A DNA stretch of 50,352 bases from the NCBI RefSeq assembly GCF_004010195.1, contig NC_057718.1:54261585-54311936 (forward strand), written 5' to 3'. This document shows positions 23,466 through 35,500 of the stretch, in pieces. The stretch's first letter is position 1. Each line of letters starts with the position of its first letter. Source of the DNA: Chiloscyllium plagiosum (taxonomy: Eukaryota). The notes under the pieces are model-generated. The model was given only the letters and a program-made list of their open reading frames with translations. It searched no databases and was not told the origin of the DNA. A program made the position numbers and the translations under genes.

Positions 23466-26216
23466 AGATTGAAGAGAATCAAGATTGTGGTCAGGGATTT
23501 TAACTTTCCAAACATAGACTGGGACCGCCACAGTGTTAAGGGTTTTGATTAGATTAGATTACTTACAGTGTGGAAACAGGCCCTTCGGCCCAACAAGTCC
23601 ACACCGACCCACCGAAGCGCAACCCACCCATTCCCCTACATTTACCCCTTTACCTAACACTACGGGCAATTTAGCATGGCCAATTCACCTGACCTACATA
23701 GCTTTGGACTATGGGAGGAAACCAGAGCACCCGGAGGAAACCCACGCAGACACGGGGAGAATGTGCAAACTCCACACAGTCAGTCGCCTGAGTTGGGAAT
23801 TGAACCCGGGTCTCTGGCGCTGTGAGGCAGCAGTGCTAACCACTGTGCCACCGTGCCACCCGATGAAGAGGAATTTGCTAAGTGCGTACAGGAAAATTTT
23901 CTGATTCAATATGTGAATGTACCTACTAGAGAAGGTGCAAAACTTGACCTACTCTTGGAAGATAAGGCTGGGCAGGTGACTGAGGTATCAGCAGGGGAGC
24001 ACTTTGGGACCAGCGACCATAATTCTATTAGTTTTAAAATAATGGAAAAGGATAGACCAGATCTAAAAGTTGAAGTTCTAAATTGGAGAAAGGCCAATTT
24101 TGACAGTATTAGGCAAGAACTTTCAAAAGCTGATTGGGCACAAATATTTACAGATAAAGGGACAGCTGGAAAATGAGAAGTCTTCAGAAATGAGATACAT
24201 GTAATGAGAGTACAGAGACAGTATATTCCTGTTAGGGTGAAAGAAAATGCTGGTAGATATAGGGAATGCTGGATGACTAAAGAAATTGAGGGTTTGATTA
24301 AGAAAAAGATGGAAGCATATGTCAGGTATAGACAGGATAGATCGAGTGAATCCTTAGAGTATAAAGGCAGTAGGAGTATACTTAAGAGGGAAATCAGGAG
24401 GGCAAAAAGGGGAGATGAGTTAGCTTTGGCAAATAGAGTTAAGGAGAATCCAAAGCGTTTTTACAAATACAATTAGGACAAAAGGGTAACTAGGGAGAGA
24501 AAAGGGCCCCTCAAAGATCAGCAAGGCGGCCTTTGTGTGGAGCTACAGGAGGTGGAGGAGATAGTAAATGAGTATTTTGCATCAGTATTTACTGTGGAAA
24601 AGGACATGGAAGATATAGAATGTAGGAAAATAAATGGTGATATCTTGAAAAATGTCCAGATTACAGAAGAGGAAATGCTGGATGTCTTGAAATACATGAG
24701 AGTGGATAAATCCGCAGGACCTGATCAGGTGTTTCCTAGAACTCTGTGGGAAGTTAGGGAAGTGATTGCTGGGCCTTTTGCTGAGATATTTGTGTCATCA
24801 ATAATCACAGGTGAGGTGCCAGAAGACTGGAGATTGGCTAACATGGTGCTACTGTTTAAGACGGGTGGTAAGGACAAGCCAGTGAGCCTGATGTTGGTGG
24901 TGGCAAGTTGTTGGAGGGAATCCTGAGGGACAGAATTTACATGTATTTGGACAAGGACTGATTAGGGATAGTCAGCATGACTTTGTGTGTGGGAAATCAT
25001 GTCTCACAAACTTGATTGAGTGTTTTGAAAAAAAGTAACAAAGAGGATTGATGAGGGCAGAGCGGTGGACATGATCTATATGAACTTCAGTAAGGCGTTC
25101 GACAAGGTTCCCCAAAGGAGACTGGTTAGCAAGGTTCAATCTCATGGAATACAGGGAGAACTAGCCATTAGGATACAGAACTGGCTCAAAAGTAGAAGTG
25201 GTGATGGAGGGTTGTTTTTCAGACTGGAGGCCTGTGACCAGTGGAGTGCCACAAGGATCAATGCTGGATCCACGACTTTTCGTCAATTATATCAATGATT
25301 TGGATGTGACCATAAGAGGTACAGTTAGTAAGTTTGCAGATGACACCAAAATTGGAGGTGCAGTGGACGGCGAAGAAGGTTACCTCCGATTACAATGGGA
25401 TCTTGATCAGATGGGCCAATGGGCTGAGAACTGGCAGATGGAGTTTAATTTAGGTAAACACAAGATGCTGCATTTTGGAAAAGCAAATCTTAGCAGGGCA
25501 TATACACTTAATGGTAAGGTCCTGTGAATGTTGTTCAGCAAAGAGACCTTGGAGTGCAGGTTCACAGATCCCTGAAAGTGGAATCTCAGGTCGATAGGAT
25601 AGTGAAGAAGGCGTTTGATATGCTTTCCTTTATTGGTCAGAGTACAAGAGTTGGGAGGACATTGGTTCCGCCACTTTTGGAATATTGTGTGCAATTCTGC
25701 TCTCCTTCCGTTCAGAAGGAAATTCTGAAACATAAAAGGGTTCAGAAAAGGTTTACAAGGATGTTGCCAGAGTTGGAGGATTTGAGCTGTAAAGGAGAGG
25801 TTGAATAGGCCGGGGCTGTTTTCCCTAGACCATCGGAGGCTGAGGGGTGACTTTATGGAGGTTTATAAAATCATGAGGGGCATGAATAGGGTAGATAGAC
25901 AAAGTCTCTTCCCTGGGTGGGGGAGTTCACAACTAGAGGGCATAGGTTTAGGGTGAGAGGGGAAATATATAAAAGAGACCTAAGGGACAACCTTTTCACG
26001 CAGAGAGTATGGAATGAGCTGCCAGATGAAGGGATGAAGGCTTATACATCTGAACATTTAAAAGGCATCTGGGTGGGTATATGAAAAGGAAAGGTTTGGA
26101 GGGATATGGGCCGGGTGCTGGCAGGTGGGACTAGATTGGGTTAGGATATCTGGTCGGCATGGACGGGTTGGACCGAAGGGTCTGTTTTCATGCTGTACAT
26201 CTCTATGACTCTATGA
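23466..26216 (+). mobile_element. 5'-truncated CR1 LINE (EN C-terminal part, RT, 3' UTR), pseudogenised, interrupted by a SINE
   Basis: GDFNFPNIDW, GTSDHNSI, FSKAFDKVP, GVPQGS, SKFADDTK, LEYCVQF; tail ctctatgactctatga. Confidence 0.93.
23547..23861 (-). mobile_element. Full-length shark tRNA-derived SINE (HE1/V-SINE type)
   Basis: Head gggtggcacggtggcacagtggttagcactgctgcctcacagcgccagagacccgggttcaattccc with A and B boxes; (TCTAA)n tail. Confidence 0.9.
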
Positions 26217-26639
26217 ACCGACTTGATATACTTTCCAAATTCAGTGGGATCAATTTTAATACATTTTGAAAACCTTGTACTGTTCATGAGTGTTAATTCT
26301 TTGTTCATCATAGGTAATCATATTTACATTGGTCCCAGCTTAAAATGTACTTCCTTATCCTATTTCATTCTATCAGTGCTTATCACACTTTTAAAATGAA
26401 TGCTGTTCAGATTTCTTGCCCTAGGTTTTGAATGTTTAGTTCTTAAAGGTTCGATTAACAGCTTAATGCAGTATTTAAACTTTGCTGTGCTTTTCACACA
26501 GGGCCATCTGTAGTGTACCACTTGCTGCTGGTGTTTTCAATGCCTTCATGCAGTAAAAGATTCCTTTTGCTTCTTCCTACACTACGGCTGACAGCAGCTG
26601 GCAGCCATCAATCTTGTCTACGGAAATTCAACTGAGCAC

Positions 26640-26960
26640 CACAATGGCAGCTAGGAATCCTGTGGAGGAAGAGCAGTTCATGCACTTGATGTCTTGTCAC
26701 CCTCATCCCAAAAGCCTTGTATCTGCCATCTGTGCTCCATGATTCTGTCACAGAAATTCTTCAAGTCCCATATCCGGAGAAAATCCACAGAGACAGGTCT
26801 GTGCATCACTATATAGACACCCTGAACATTGTACTTTTACTTGACATGACACAATCAAACTGGCATTGGTGATATTTGCCATTTTAGGCAGCCTCAAGTC
26901 TACAAATACATGAATCAGCCAGCAGACACTTTACTGGCCAACAGACCAAGGTTCAGCCAG
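26640..26960 (+). mobile_element. Harbinger transposase N-terminal remnant
   Basis: VTEILQV...TLNI...TGIGDICHFRQPQVYKYMNQPADTL, resembling GDICGISQ..VH.CI.QVTDAL. Confidence 0.6.
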
Positions 26961-27098
26961 ACTTTCGAAAAAATATTTGGTCTTATAGCTGGAAAAGCAG
27001 ATCATCAAGAGTGACTGCACTCTGAATTCCCTAAACCTTGCATTTATTTGCATCTCTTGCACTCATGGAAAATGTACAACAGCACACTTAAATTATTA

Positions 27099-27224
27099 CG
27101 ATTTGGAGGTGCCGGTGTTGGACTAGGGTGTACAAAATTAAAAATCACATAACACCAGGTTATAGTCCAACAGGTTTATTCGGAAGCACTAGCTTTCAGA
27201 GCACTGCTCCTTCATTAGGTGGTC
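27099..27224 (-). mobile_element. 126-bp PLE-terminus insertion (hammerhead-bearing) with 9-bp TSD
   Basis: AAATTATTA at 27090-27098 and 27225-27233; minus strand cac-CTAATGA-a-ggagca-g-tgctct-GAAA-gc-TA-gtg. Confidence 0.8.
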
Positions 27225-27388
27225 AAATTATTATAATGAACTGATTTCACTAAATCTCTGAAGCTATAAAATGGATTGTGCATCTGTTACGTTACCAACT
27301 CCTTTCTAACATAGGTTGTTTGGGATAGAAAAGCAAGACTGTATTCATATACTCCTGAGTTGCAGCAGTCATGTGAACTCTAACATAA

Positions 27389-27502
27389 TTAGATTAGATT
27401 AGATTAGATTCTCCACACAGTCAGTCACCTGAGGCGGGAATTGAACCCAGGTCTCTGGCGCTGTGAGGCAGCAGTGCTAACCACTGTGCCACCGTGCCGC
27501 CC
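27389..27502 (-). mobile_element. Internally deleted HE1-type SINE (head fused to TCTAA tail)
   Basis: Same head as 23547-23861, joined directly to (ttaga)n. Confidence 0.85.
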
Positions 27503-28019
27503 GTGATGTACTCACTGCAGTCAAATATTTTATAATCAGTTCAATAAAGGCACAGTACATGGTAGACCATATAAATTATATTCAATGGTTTACGTGTGTT
27601 TAAAATCTAATGCAGTGATCTTCCCTTTCTTTTCTAATTTTAGCCAGCAATTTTACACGTTCAAATGTTCCAACACTGTGTTGTTATCCAAAAGTTAACA
27701 AATTATTGGCAAAGTTCTGTGGCCTTATTGGATAAGAATACAAGTTTTATCAGCAGAATATTTTGGTGAAATGTCATTTTTGTTGAGGTTTTTGGAGGGA
27801 TTCTCACTAAAAGACCCAGTGAGATCTCTCGCCATATCCAACCACATTTGCCTCATTACTTTCCCACACTATCACTATCTTGTTCCTTATCCAATTATAG
27901 CCCCATCCCATCATGTACTGTTTCCAGAAGAAATCATTACTCACTGAATAACCGCCAAAAGACCACAGCCCCAGTGCGCTGGCATTCTGTGAGGACATTC
28001 AGTCAGAAGATATTGACGA

Positions 28020-28250
28020 AGAAGATGGCTGCCACAATTCTCCACTAGAGACCTGGAGGCCCTCATGGACAGCGTGGCGCAGAAGAGAGATGTCCTCTTC
28101 CGAGAAGACAGACAGATAGAAGAAGCCTTGACACTAGATTACTGGTAGCCTGGTCTACGATCATCTCCTGGGCCCATGCAGTTTCTACAGTCCAGAGGAA
28201 TCATCAGCAGTGACAAACAAACGTCAATGACTTTCACTGTTTTGCCAGAA
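28020..28250 (+). mobile_element. Harbinger Myb/SANT-like gene remnant
   Basis: FSTRDLEALMDSVAQKRDVLF ... WSTIISWAHAVSTVQRNHQQ*QTNVNDF, resembling FS..ELE.L...V..R...LF...W..IA..VNAVS...R...QC.KKFNDL. Confidence 0.65.
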
Positions 28251-29008
28251 CAAGTACCATACTTCTCTTTGTTGCCTCACATTCACTCTATTTCTGCTAC
28301 ACCACCTTTTGATTACCTGCACCAGCATTAATGGTTGTGCCACCCACTTTCATCTCATTCAATTCCTCCCTCTCTTCTCATTCCAGTCCATAACAGGGTA
28401 GAGACAGAGTGCAGACATTACACAGAGCATTGCTTCAAGCAAGTGAGTGTCTATCTGCCTCCACGGACACATTAGCAGCTGCCATGGAGTGCCAGGTCCA
28501 GCACCCTCTGGGCTTGCTGAGGTATGCACACACTGTACCCCAGTGTCCCAGCCATTGGTCCTCAGCATGGGGACAGCATAATAGGAAAGCTGGTTCTCAT
28601 ACCTTTCCTCACAAGAGCATAGGGCAGTGCCATAGGAATCAGCCAGAGAAGGAATCACACCCACTCAGGATGGTCCAGAAATGGCTTAGTCGACAGCCTG
28701 TACCCTGCCTGTCACCTTCCATCCCCTGGACATTGAACCTGAGGAAGGTCCACTTGCTTCTGGCAAGAAGACCCTCAAATTTGCCTGGGCCATCCAGACA
28801 AGAATGGCCCAATAGTTCTCCAGTTGCACATTGACAGCCAACAGGCTACACTGCTGAATGGTTCCCCTCAGTCCAACGAGAGAACCTGGGGATCTCTAAG
28901 CGTAGTAGGAGGGAAAGAAAGTAAAAACTCTTGAGGGCACTTTGTTGGCATAGGATGACTGTACAATGTATAAGGTTGTAAATGTGCTCACTGATTTGGT
29001 AATTTGTT

Positions 29009-29050
29009 CTCAGATGTTTCGTCACCATGCTAGGTAACATCCTCAGTGAG
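29009..29050 (-). ncRNA. Hammerhead ribozyme motif
   Basis: Minus strand: ctca-CTGAGGA-t-gttacc-tagcat-ggtgac-GAAA-ca-TC-tgag; stem I 4 bp, stem II 6 bp. Confidence 0.75.
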
Positions 29051-30526
29051 CCTCCGATGAAGCGTTGGTATTCTGCCTGCTTGCTATTTATCTGTCTCAG
29101 TTTGTTGTGGTGGGTGATATCATTCGTGTTCTGTTTCTAAAAGGTTGGTAAATGGTGTCCAAATCTATCTATTTGTTAGGGGAGTTCCAGTGTGAATGCC
29201 AGGCCTCTAGGAATTCCTGTGCATGTCCTTGTTTAGCTTGTCCCTGGATGGATGCATTGTCCCAGTCGAACTCGTGTCCTCTTCATCTGTGATAGTTAGT
29301 CATGTCCTTTGGTGGCTAGTTGGTGCTCATGTATCCTAGTGGCTAGTTTCTTGCCCGTCTGTCCAATGTAATGTTTGTTGCAATCCTTGCAGAGTATTTT
29401 GTATATGATAGTCATTCTGCTGATTGTTGGTATGGGGTCCTTTCAATTCATTAGGCACTGTTTCATCATGATGGTAGGTTTGTGGGCTACCATGATGCTG
29501 AGAGGCCGGAGTAGCTGATCGTCATATCTGAGATATCTTTGATGTATAGCAGGGTGGCTACAGTCTCTGGGCGTGTTGTGTCTTCTTGTTTAGGTCTGTT
29601 GTGTAAGAATTGGCAGACTGCGCTTATCAGGTAACTATTGTTCCTGAATACATTGTACAGGTGTTTCTCCTTGGGTTCTCGTAGTTCCTGGGTGCTGCAC
29701 TGTGTTGTGGCTCATTTAAATAATGTCCTGATGCAGCTTCATTTGTGTATGTTGGGATGATTGCTCTTGTAGTTGAGTATCTGGTCTGTGTGTGTGGCTT
29801 TCCTGTAGACGTGGCTCTACAGCTCTCAATTGGCTTTTTGTTCTACTGTGATATCTCGGAAATGGTGTCTGTTATTGCTCTCTTCCTCTTTGGTGAACTT
29901 TATACCGATCTTGTTTATGTGTTTGTGGGTTTCTTCTAATTTGCTACACTTCATGATGACAAATGTGTCATCCACATAATGGACCCAAAGCTTGGGCTGG
30001 ATCATGGGAAGGGCTGTTCGTTCTAACCTCTGCATAACTGCTTCTGCTAAGAGTCTTGATATTGGTGATCCCATAGGTATCCCATTAATTTGTTTGTAGA
30101 TCTTGCCATTGAAGGTGAAGTAGGTTGTGAGGCACAGGTCTACTAGTTTGAGGATGCTGTCCTTGCTGATGGAGTTGGTATTGTCAAGCGTTTGTGTCCT
30201 TGGTTCGTCCAGCAGTGAGGCCAGTGTTTCTTTGGCTAGGTTTTGACAAGAGACATAGCCAACTATCACTGGTATCCATACACGCAGACAAAGAGGGACA
30301 CGGGTTCAATTGGGACAATATATCCATCCTGGGACAAGCTAAATAAAGACATGCATGGGAATTCCTAGAGGCCTGGCATCCACACCAGAACTCCATTAGC
30401 AAACATATAGATTTAGACTCCATTTACCAATCTCTCAGAAGCAGAACCGGAAATGATATCACTCACCACAATGAACTGAGACAGATAAATAGCAAGCGGG
30501 GCAGAGCACCAACGTTTCACTGAAAG

Positions 30527-30568
30527 CTCACTGATGAGGTTCCCTAGCATGGTGATGAAATGTCTGAA
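30527..30568 (+). ncRNA. Hammerhead ribozyme motif (inverted partner, decayed)
   Basis: ctca-CTGATGA-g-gttccc-tagcat-ggtgat-GAAA-tg-TC-tgaa. Confidence 0.6.
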
Positions 30569-30814
30569 AACAAACCAACCAGCTCAGCAAGCAAATTTAC
30601 AACCTGATCCATAAATTGAGCTACAAACCTTCTCAAAAATCACAAGGACAATGTAGATATAATATTAATCTTGGATCAATATTATCAGTTTGGCATTATA
30701 TCTGTTTGAGTTACTGTGTTGTCCCAAATGTAAAATCACCAACATGATGCCAAATATCATGTCCATACAGAGTGTGCCATGGATCAGTGTTTGCATGGAG
30801 ACCCTGCTGCAGCA

Positions 30815-31124
30815 TTAGATTAGATTACTTACAGTATGGAAACAGGCCCTTTGGCCCAACAAGTCCACACCAACACTCCAAAGAGCAATACACCCATACA
30901 CATTCCCATACATTTACTCCTTCACCTAACACTGCAGGCAATTTAGCATGGCCAATTCACCTAACCTGCACATTTTTGGACTGTGGGAGGAAACCGGAGC
31001 AAACCCATGCAGACATGGGGAGAATGTGCAAACTCCACACAGGCAGTTGCCTGAGGTGGGAATTGAACCTAGGTCTCTGGCGCTGTGAGGCAGCAGTGTT
31101 AACCACTGTGCCACCGTGCCTCCC
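30815..31124 (-). mobile_element. HE1-type tRNA SINE
   Basis: Clear homology to 23547-23861 along its full length, including the (TCTAA)n tail. Confidence 0.9.
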
Positions 31125-31149
31125 ACTATTCCTGATGTGGTATCAAAAT

Positions 31150-32680
31150 GAATAAGATATATCCAGGGCAATGGGTTCTGCAGGCATCATTGCCCTTGTC
31201 ATCAGCATCCTTATTCTTTCTGTAGCCTCTGTGCGCATAAATGTTGCTGTTGAATGAATTTGTCAGCAATGTCTGGGGCAGGGAATTGGACAGCACACAG
31301 GAAGCCAATGCATTAGTAATATCTGGAAGTTCTATGTCCAGTACACTGCATGATTCTGGATGAAATATTGGTTTCTAAACAATCTCATATTGGTGGGTCT
31401 TGCAGCCACTGTCCTCACAAATTTAGACACTTAACCCATTGTCTCCAGCTGTGATCACAGCCATTATCTAACTCACCGTGTACTTTCGATTTCCAGCATG
31501 ATGGAAGGAAATAATGAACGTTCTTTGGTCAGTGGCTTCCAGCCTGTCTCTCTACACATCAATGAGAACCCAAACATCCAGATCCCCTTCCTGTTAGCCC
31601 CTCCTGTGAACCCTCTCAGCTTCGCACTAGGTCCCTTCCCAACCCGTTTCCATTACCTCGCAGCTCTGACATTTGAGATGACCATGCCAAATATGGTCAT
31701 TTTCTCCCCCCTTACAAATACTCTAATCTCCATCACAACTGCCATCCTCCACTGTCTCACTGCCTGCAGCCCCCAATCCTGATGTATAGATTCCTGAATC
31801 TCTTTCATGCAGCAGTGACCCATCTTGAACATAGCATACCCCACACATCCATCCATTTATCTGCAAGGATCTAATGGACTGACCATGACATACCACCTTC
31901 ACCCAGACCCCTACTGACGGCTGTACTTCTCCCAACAGCATTGGCCTATAGAGCCACAGCACTGACCTTGATCGACTGCCTGATTGCAGAAACCCAGATC
32001 CACTGACTGAGAATGAACCACGGCCAATCCCCTGGACTGGTATGGGAGGCTGCCCTTGACATAGCATGCTGGGACCCCTGACTGACTGGTGCCTCCACGT
32101 ACTTCAGTGAGGCCTACGCCCCCGAAACGTTAAGAAATATTGCCTGTTTACTCCACATACAGTATGTTTGCTGTGAAATCTGCTGGCACGTGGTTCAGGT
32201 CTGAGATTGACATAGTACACTGTCTATTGCAAGCTGTCCACACCCGCTTGTCTGAGGGCTCTGACCAGCCAGGCAAACTGTTTAGTTGTATGTTTGTGAT
32301 AATTAGCACGGCAAGGCAAGGCAATGTGAGGCAGGGGTACTGTGAGCATGTAGATAGCCACCAGTGAGTGAGCTCTATCAGAGCAAGTGAGCAGCCCTGA
32401 AGTCCAGTCTGAGAGCTAGGTTTCTGGCCCTGTAGACATTGTGTAATAGACAGCTGCATGTTAATGAGATCAGTTGTGCAGTTAATAAGGTCATTAATAA
32501 GCAATAATCCCCCTTAGTGGGCAACTCATTGCTGCCTAGCGAGAATCTCTTCTCAACATCTGGAACTTGTTAAAAATATCCAGCGAGTTGTTTCTGACAT
32601 CAACATAGACTTTGCCGGACTTCTCACACAATTCTGCCATATTCCTCACCATAGCTAATGTCGGTCACATTCCTCCCTGT
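31150..32680 (-). mobile_element. Probable heavily decayed Harbinger-related sequence
   Basis: ASCVLSNS resembles ACCVLHN; AVAL*ANAVGRST is Myb-like. Weak similarity only. Confidence 0.35.
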
Positions 32681-33578
32681 ATTAATTACCTTTTGCGCCA
32701 AGTATAAACTTCTGATGCAAGTCCCATATATATTTACTGCCAGCAGGTATCTGCTGTCCAGACAGCAACCTGTGTTATACTATGTATCACCAGCAGTGGT
32801 GTCTGAGAAACCAGGGGATTATGGGATTTAAACTCAGCAAGAGTTCAGCTTTAGAAGACGTTCAACCTTGAGGTGCTGTTAAGCGTGATTTATTTTCCTT
32901 TTCTTCTAAACTGAACTCTTGGTGTGAAACAAGTCAGGATAATTTGGTTCTGTGGGAACCTTTTTATTCGTGGACGTTTAGTATAGCTCAATCCACACTT
33001 ATTATGTTAAGGACAAAAGAACAGCTATCCAGAGAACACTCAGGATATATGTGGCCAATATTTTATGCAACATCATGGATTTTCAATTATTCCAAGGACA
33101 GTATGTTAGAACTTGTGCCAGAAAGTGGTGTTGTTGAAATCTCTGTGCTGAAGTAATAATTAGTCAACCTCCCTGCATCCGAGAATGTGAGAGATGTCTG
33201 GATTGTGCTCTCTAGAGTGTAGATAGCAAATCTAATGAATGTTGGGAATATTTTTAGAATGTAACCAGGATTGTTTCCTATGTCAGAATGGTACAAAGCA
33301 ATCACTTTTGGTGGGTATGTCTCATACTCAAAATTATGTCCAATGCCATTTGCATGCAGTATCATGATCCTGTGGATACCAATAATTTTTTAAAAGAAAT
33401 TCAAACTTCCAGCTAATAGTTGAACAGATAAATATGACAAAATTTCATGTTTACTGTACCAAGTAGACAAAAATGCTGACATGCTTTGTGTAAATAATTT
33501 AGACATTAAACGACAGAATAAAGCTTTTTAGGACAATCACAAAACCACACAAGACCAGCACATATTAACATAAGCTTG

Positions 33579-33662
33579 GTGTCTGTAATTCGAGTGGTTG
33601 AAGTGTTTGGTTAGGAGTCCAGGGCTTAACTCTCTCTCTGAGTTCAAATCCTGCTGACTATG
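33579..33662 (+). pseudogene. Decayed tRNA-Ser-like sequence
   Basis: cgagtggttgaagtgtttggttaggagtcca...gagttcaaatcctgctgactatg aligns by eye to vertebrate tRNA-Ser CGAGTGGTTAAGGCGATGGACTAGAAATCCA...GGTTCGAATCCTGCCGACTACG. Confidence 0.55.
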
Positions 33663-33699
33663 TTTCTCATCCTTGCTGACTTTTACCAGTACCTACAGA

Positions 33700-33940
33700 A
33701 TAGAGTAAGGGTCACTGGACCTGAAACGTGAACTCTAATTTCTCTCCACAGATGCTGCCAGAACTGCTGAGTTTCTCCAGCAATGTCTGTTATTGTTTTA
33801 GTTTTCATACCCAATAGATTATTGGTCAAATCGAGTATTAAAGCTATTTTGCACTATTTAGACACTCAAATGCTGCAGATGATGGAAATTTGACATGAAA
33901 CCAGAAAGTGTTGGAGAAACTCATCAAATCTGTCAGAACC
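33700..33940. mobile_element. Two short, oppositely oriented old PLE termini (33700-33800 +; 33865-33940 -)
   Basis: aagggtcactggacctgaaacgtgaactct...cagatgctgccagaactgctgagtttctccagca, and its inverse ...gttggagaaactcatcaaatctgtcagaacctg. Confidence 0.6.
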
Positions 33941-33941
33941 T

Positions 33942-34290
33942 GAATTGAATTGAATTAACTTTATTGACACATGTACGCATGAGTACAGCAAGAAGTTTAC
34001 AAGCCGTCACTTATGGCGCTACCTTAGGTATAAAGGTACCTGAGTACAGGTTCTGAGTATAGATTCTTACAAAAAAAATTAGAAAAATGAAGAAATAAGA
34101 AGCTTAACGTTACAGGCCTTCAAAGATACAAAATCATAGCAGAATAACAGAACATTTTATGGCTCTGGGCTGGAGGGCCCAAACTCAGAAGTACGGACAA
34201 TACCATGACACCACAAGAGCTCTCAACGTTAGTCTGCGTTCTGGTTTACAAGTTCAGTGACATTTCCACCATGCCATCATTTATCCCACA
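33942..34290 (-). mobile_element. LINE 3' tail (Rex1/L2-like)
   Basis: Minus strand ends catgtgtcaataaagttaattcaattcaattc (AATAAA followed by a tandem tail); the 5' boundary is uncertain. Confidence 0.45.
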
Positions 34291-34374
34291 TCCTTTTCTC
34301 TGCTTAGTTTAAGAGCCTAACTGATTATCAGCAGTGGAGAACAGACAAGTAGTGCATGCTACGACGGAGAGCTG

Positions 34375-34490
34375 CGGTTCTTGTGGCATAATGGTATTGT
34401 CCCTACCTCTGAGCCAGGTGGTGTGGGTTCAAGTTCCACCGACACTGGAATGTACAATGACATACCTGAATAAGTTAATTAGAAATATCT
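34375..34490 (+). mobile_element. Short tRNA-derived SINE fragment
   Basis: tggcataatgg (A box) ... gggttcaagttcc (B box). Confidence 0.55.
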
Positions 34491-34804
34491 ATGAATGAAG
34501 TAGAACTACTTGTCTTATGTAAAAAGAGGCAGTTTATTACATTGTAGCAATAGGCACAAGTTACATGAACTAATTAAGCATGTTTACTTAAGACAATTGG
34601 GGCTAGAGATGGTATTTTATCTTCATCACACCAAACTGCCTGATTTTCCACCAAAACTGTATAATATCTTCAGATTGGATGCAGTCCAATACAACTTCAA
34701 TATTAACACTTTCAGAATCGTTCCTATACTTCATGCACAGCACCACTCCCTGCAAACATCAATGATTTCAACCAATTATTCCATCACTAAGCACTCCCAC
34801 AGAC

Positions 34805-35500
34805 TCAAACACAGTCAAAAGACCAGATTACAGTCCAACAGATTTAATTAGAAGCACTAGCTTTCGGAGCACTGCTCCTTCATCAGGAGGTTATGGAGTA
34901 TAATATTATAAGACTCAAAATTTATAGCAAAAATTGACAGTGTGATTTAACTGAAATTATGTATTGAAAAAGACCTGGATTTTTTAAGTCTCTCATCTGT
35001 TAGAATGACCATGCTGGTTTCAGTTCTTCCATATTTAAATCACAATATTCTTTTAAAAGTTACATACTCAAGTGAACTTTAACAATTGGTGTCATGTTGG
35101 CCCAGATAATGTATTGAAGGTGTGAGCTTCCTTACGTGAGACTGTCTGTGCCACAATGGTCAGACTGATTTACGGATTTACAGAATCGTACATTGATTCA
35201 TGCAGTTTTTGAGCAAAGTAAAATGTAATTCTGCAAGTACAGATTCACCCCACAAATTGATAAATGTGTGTGTGCATATGGATGTGTGTGGGGTTGTGGG
35301 GGAGGTTATTGGTGTCTGTGAGATAATGTGTGTATGTATGTGTGTGAGTGGCAGTATAAAGGGGTATATGTCTATGAGAGGGTGCATGTGGAAGTGTATG
35401 TGTGAGCGTATGAGGGAGGGTCTGCATGAGTGTGTGTGTCTGTAGGAGTGTGTGTATGTGTGTGTCAGGGGATGGTGGGTGGGTACATTCTACTATTTGT
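34805..35500 (-). mobile_element. PLE 3' end with (TG)n tract and hammerhead
   Basis: Homologous to the reverse complement of 22610-23220. Confidence 0.8.
34855..34889 (-). ncRNA. Minimal hammerhead ribozyme motif
   Basis: Minus strand: ctc-CTGATGA-a-ggagca-g-tgctcc-GAAA-gc-TA-gtg; core intact. Confidence 0.7.

Larger units (their letters stand above)
28971..30643 (-). mobile_element. Penelope/Poseidon-type retroelement (RT core and GIY-YIG) with an inverted copy of its 3' end
   Basis: LVDLCLTTYFTFNGKIYKQINGIPMGSPISRLLAEAVMQRLE...WVHYVDDTF; IYKILCKDCNKHYIGQTGKKLATRIHEH. About 28972-29320 and 30245-30605 are inverted. Confidence 0.9.

Noticed and set aside
23790..23861. tRNA-like A/B boxes in SINE heads
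   Set aside because: Parts of SINEs, not tRNA genes.
32105..32134. cagtgaggcc...cgaaacgtt, hammerhead-like
   Set aside because: Lacks the CUGAnGA box, a proper stem II and any PLE context.
34603..34749. Minus-strand open segment after tttgcag (GVVLCMKYRNDSESVNIEVVLDCIQ...)
   Set aside because: Good acceptor but no convincing donor before the stop; kept only as a weak alternative exon.
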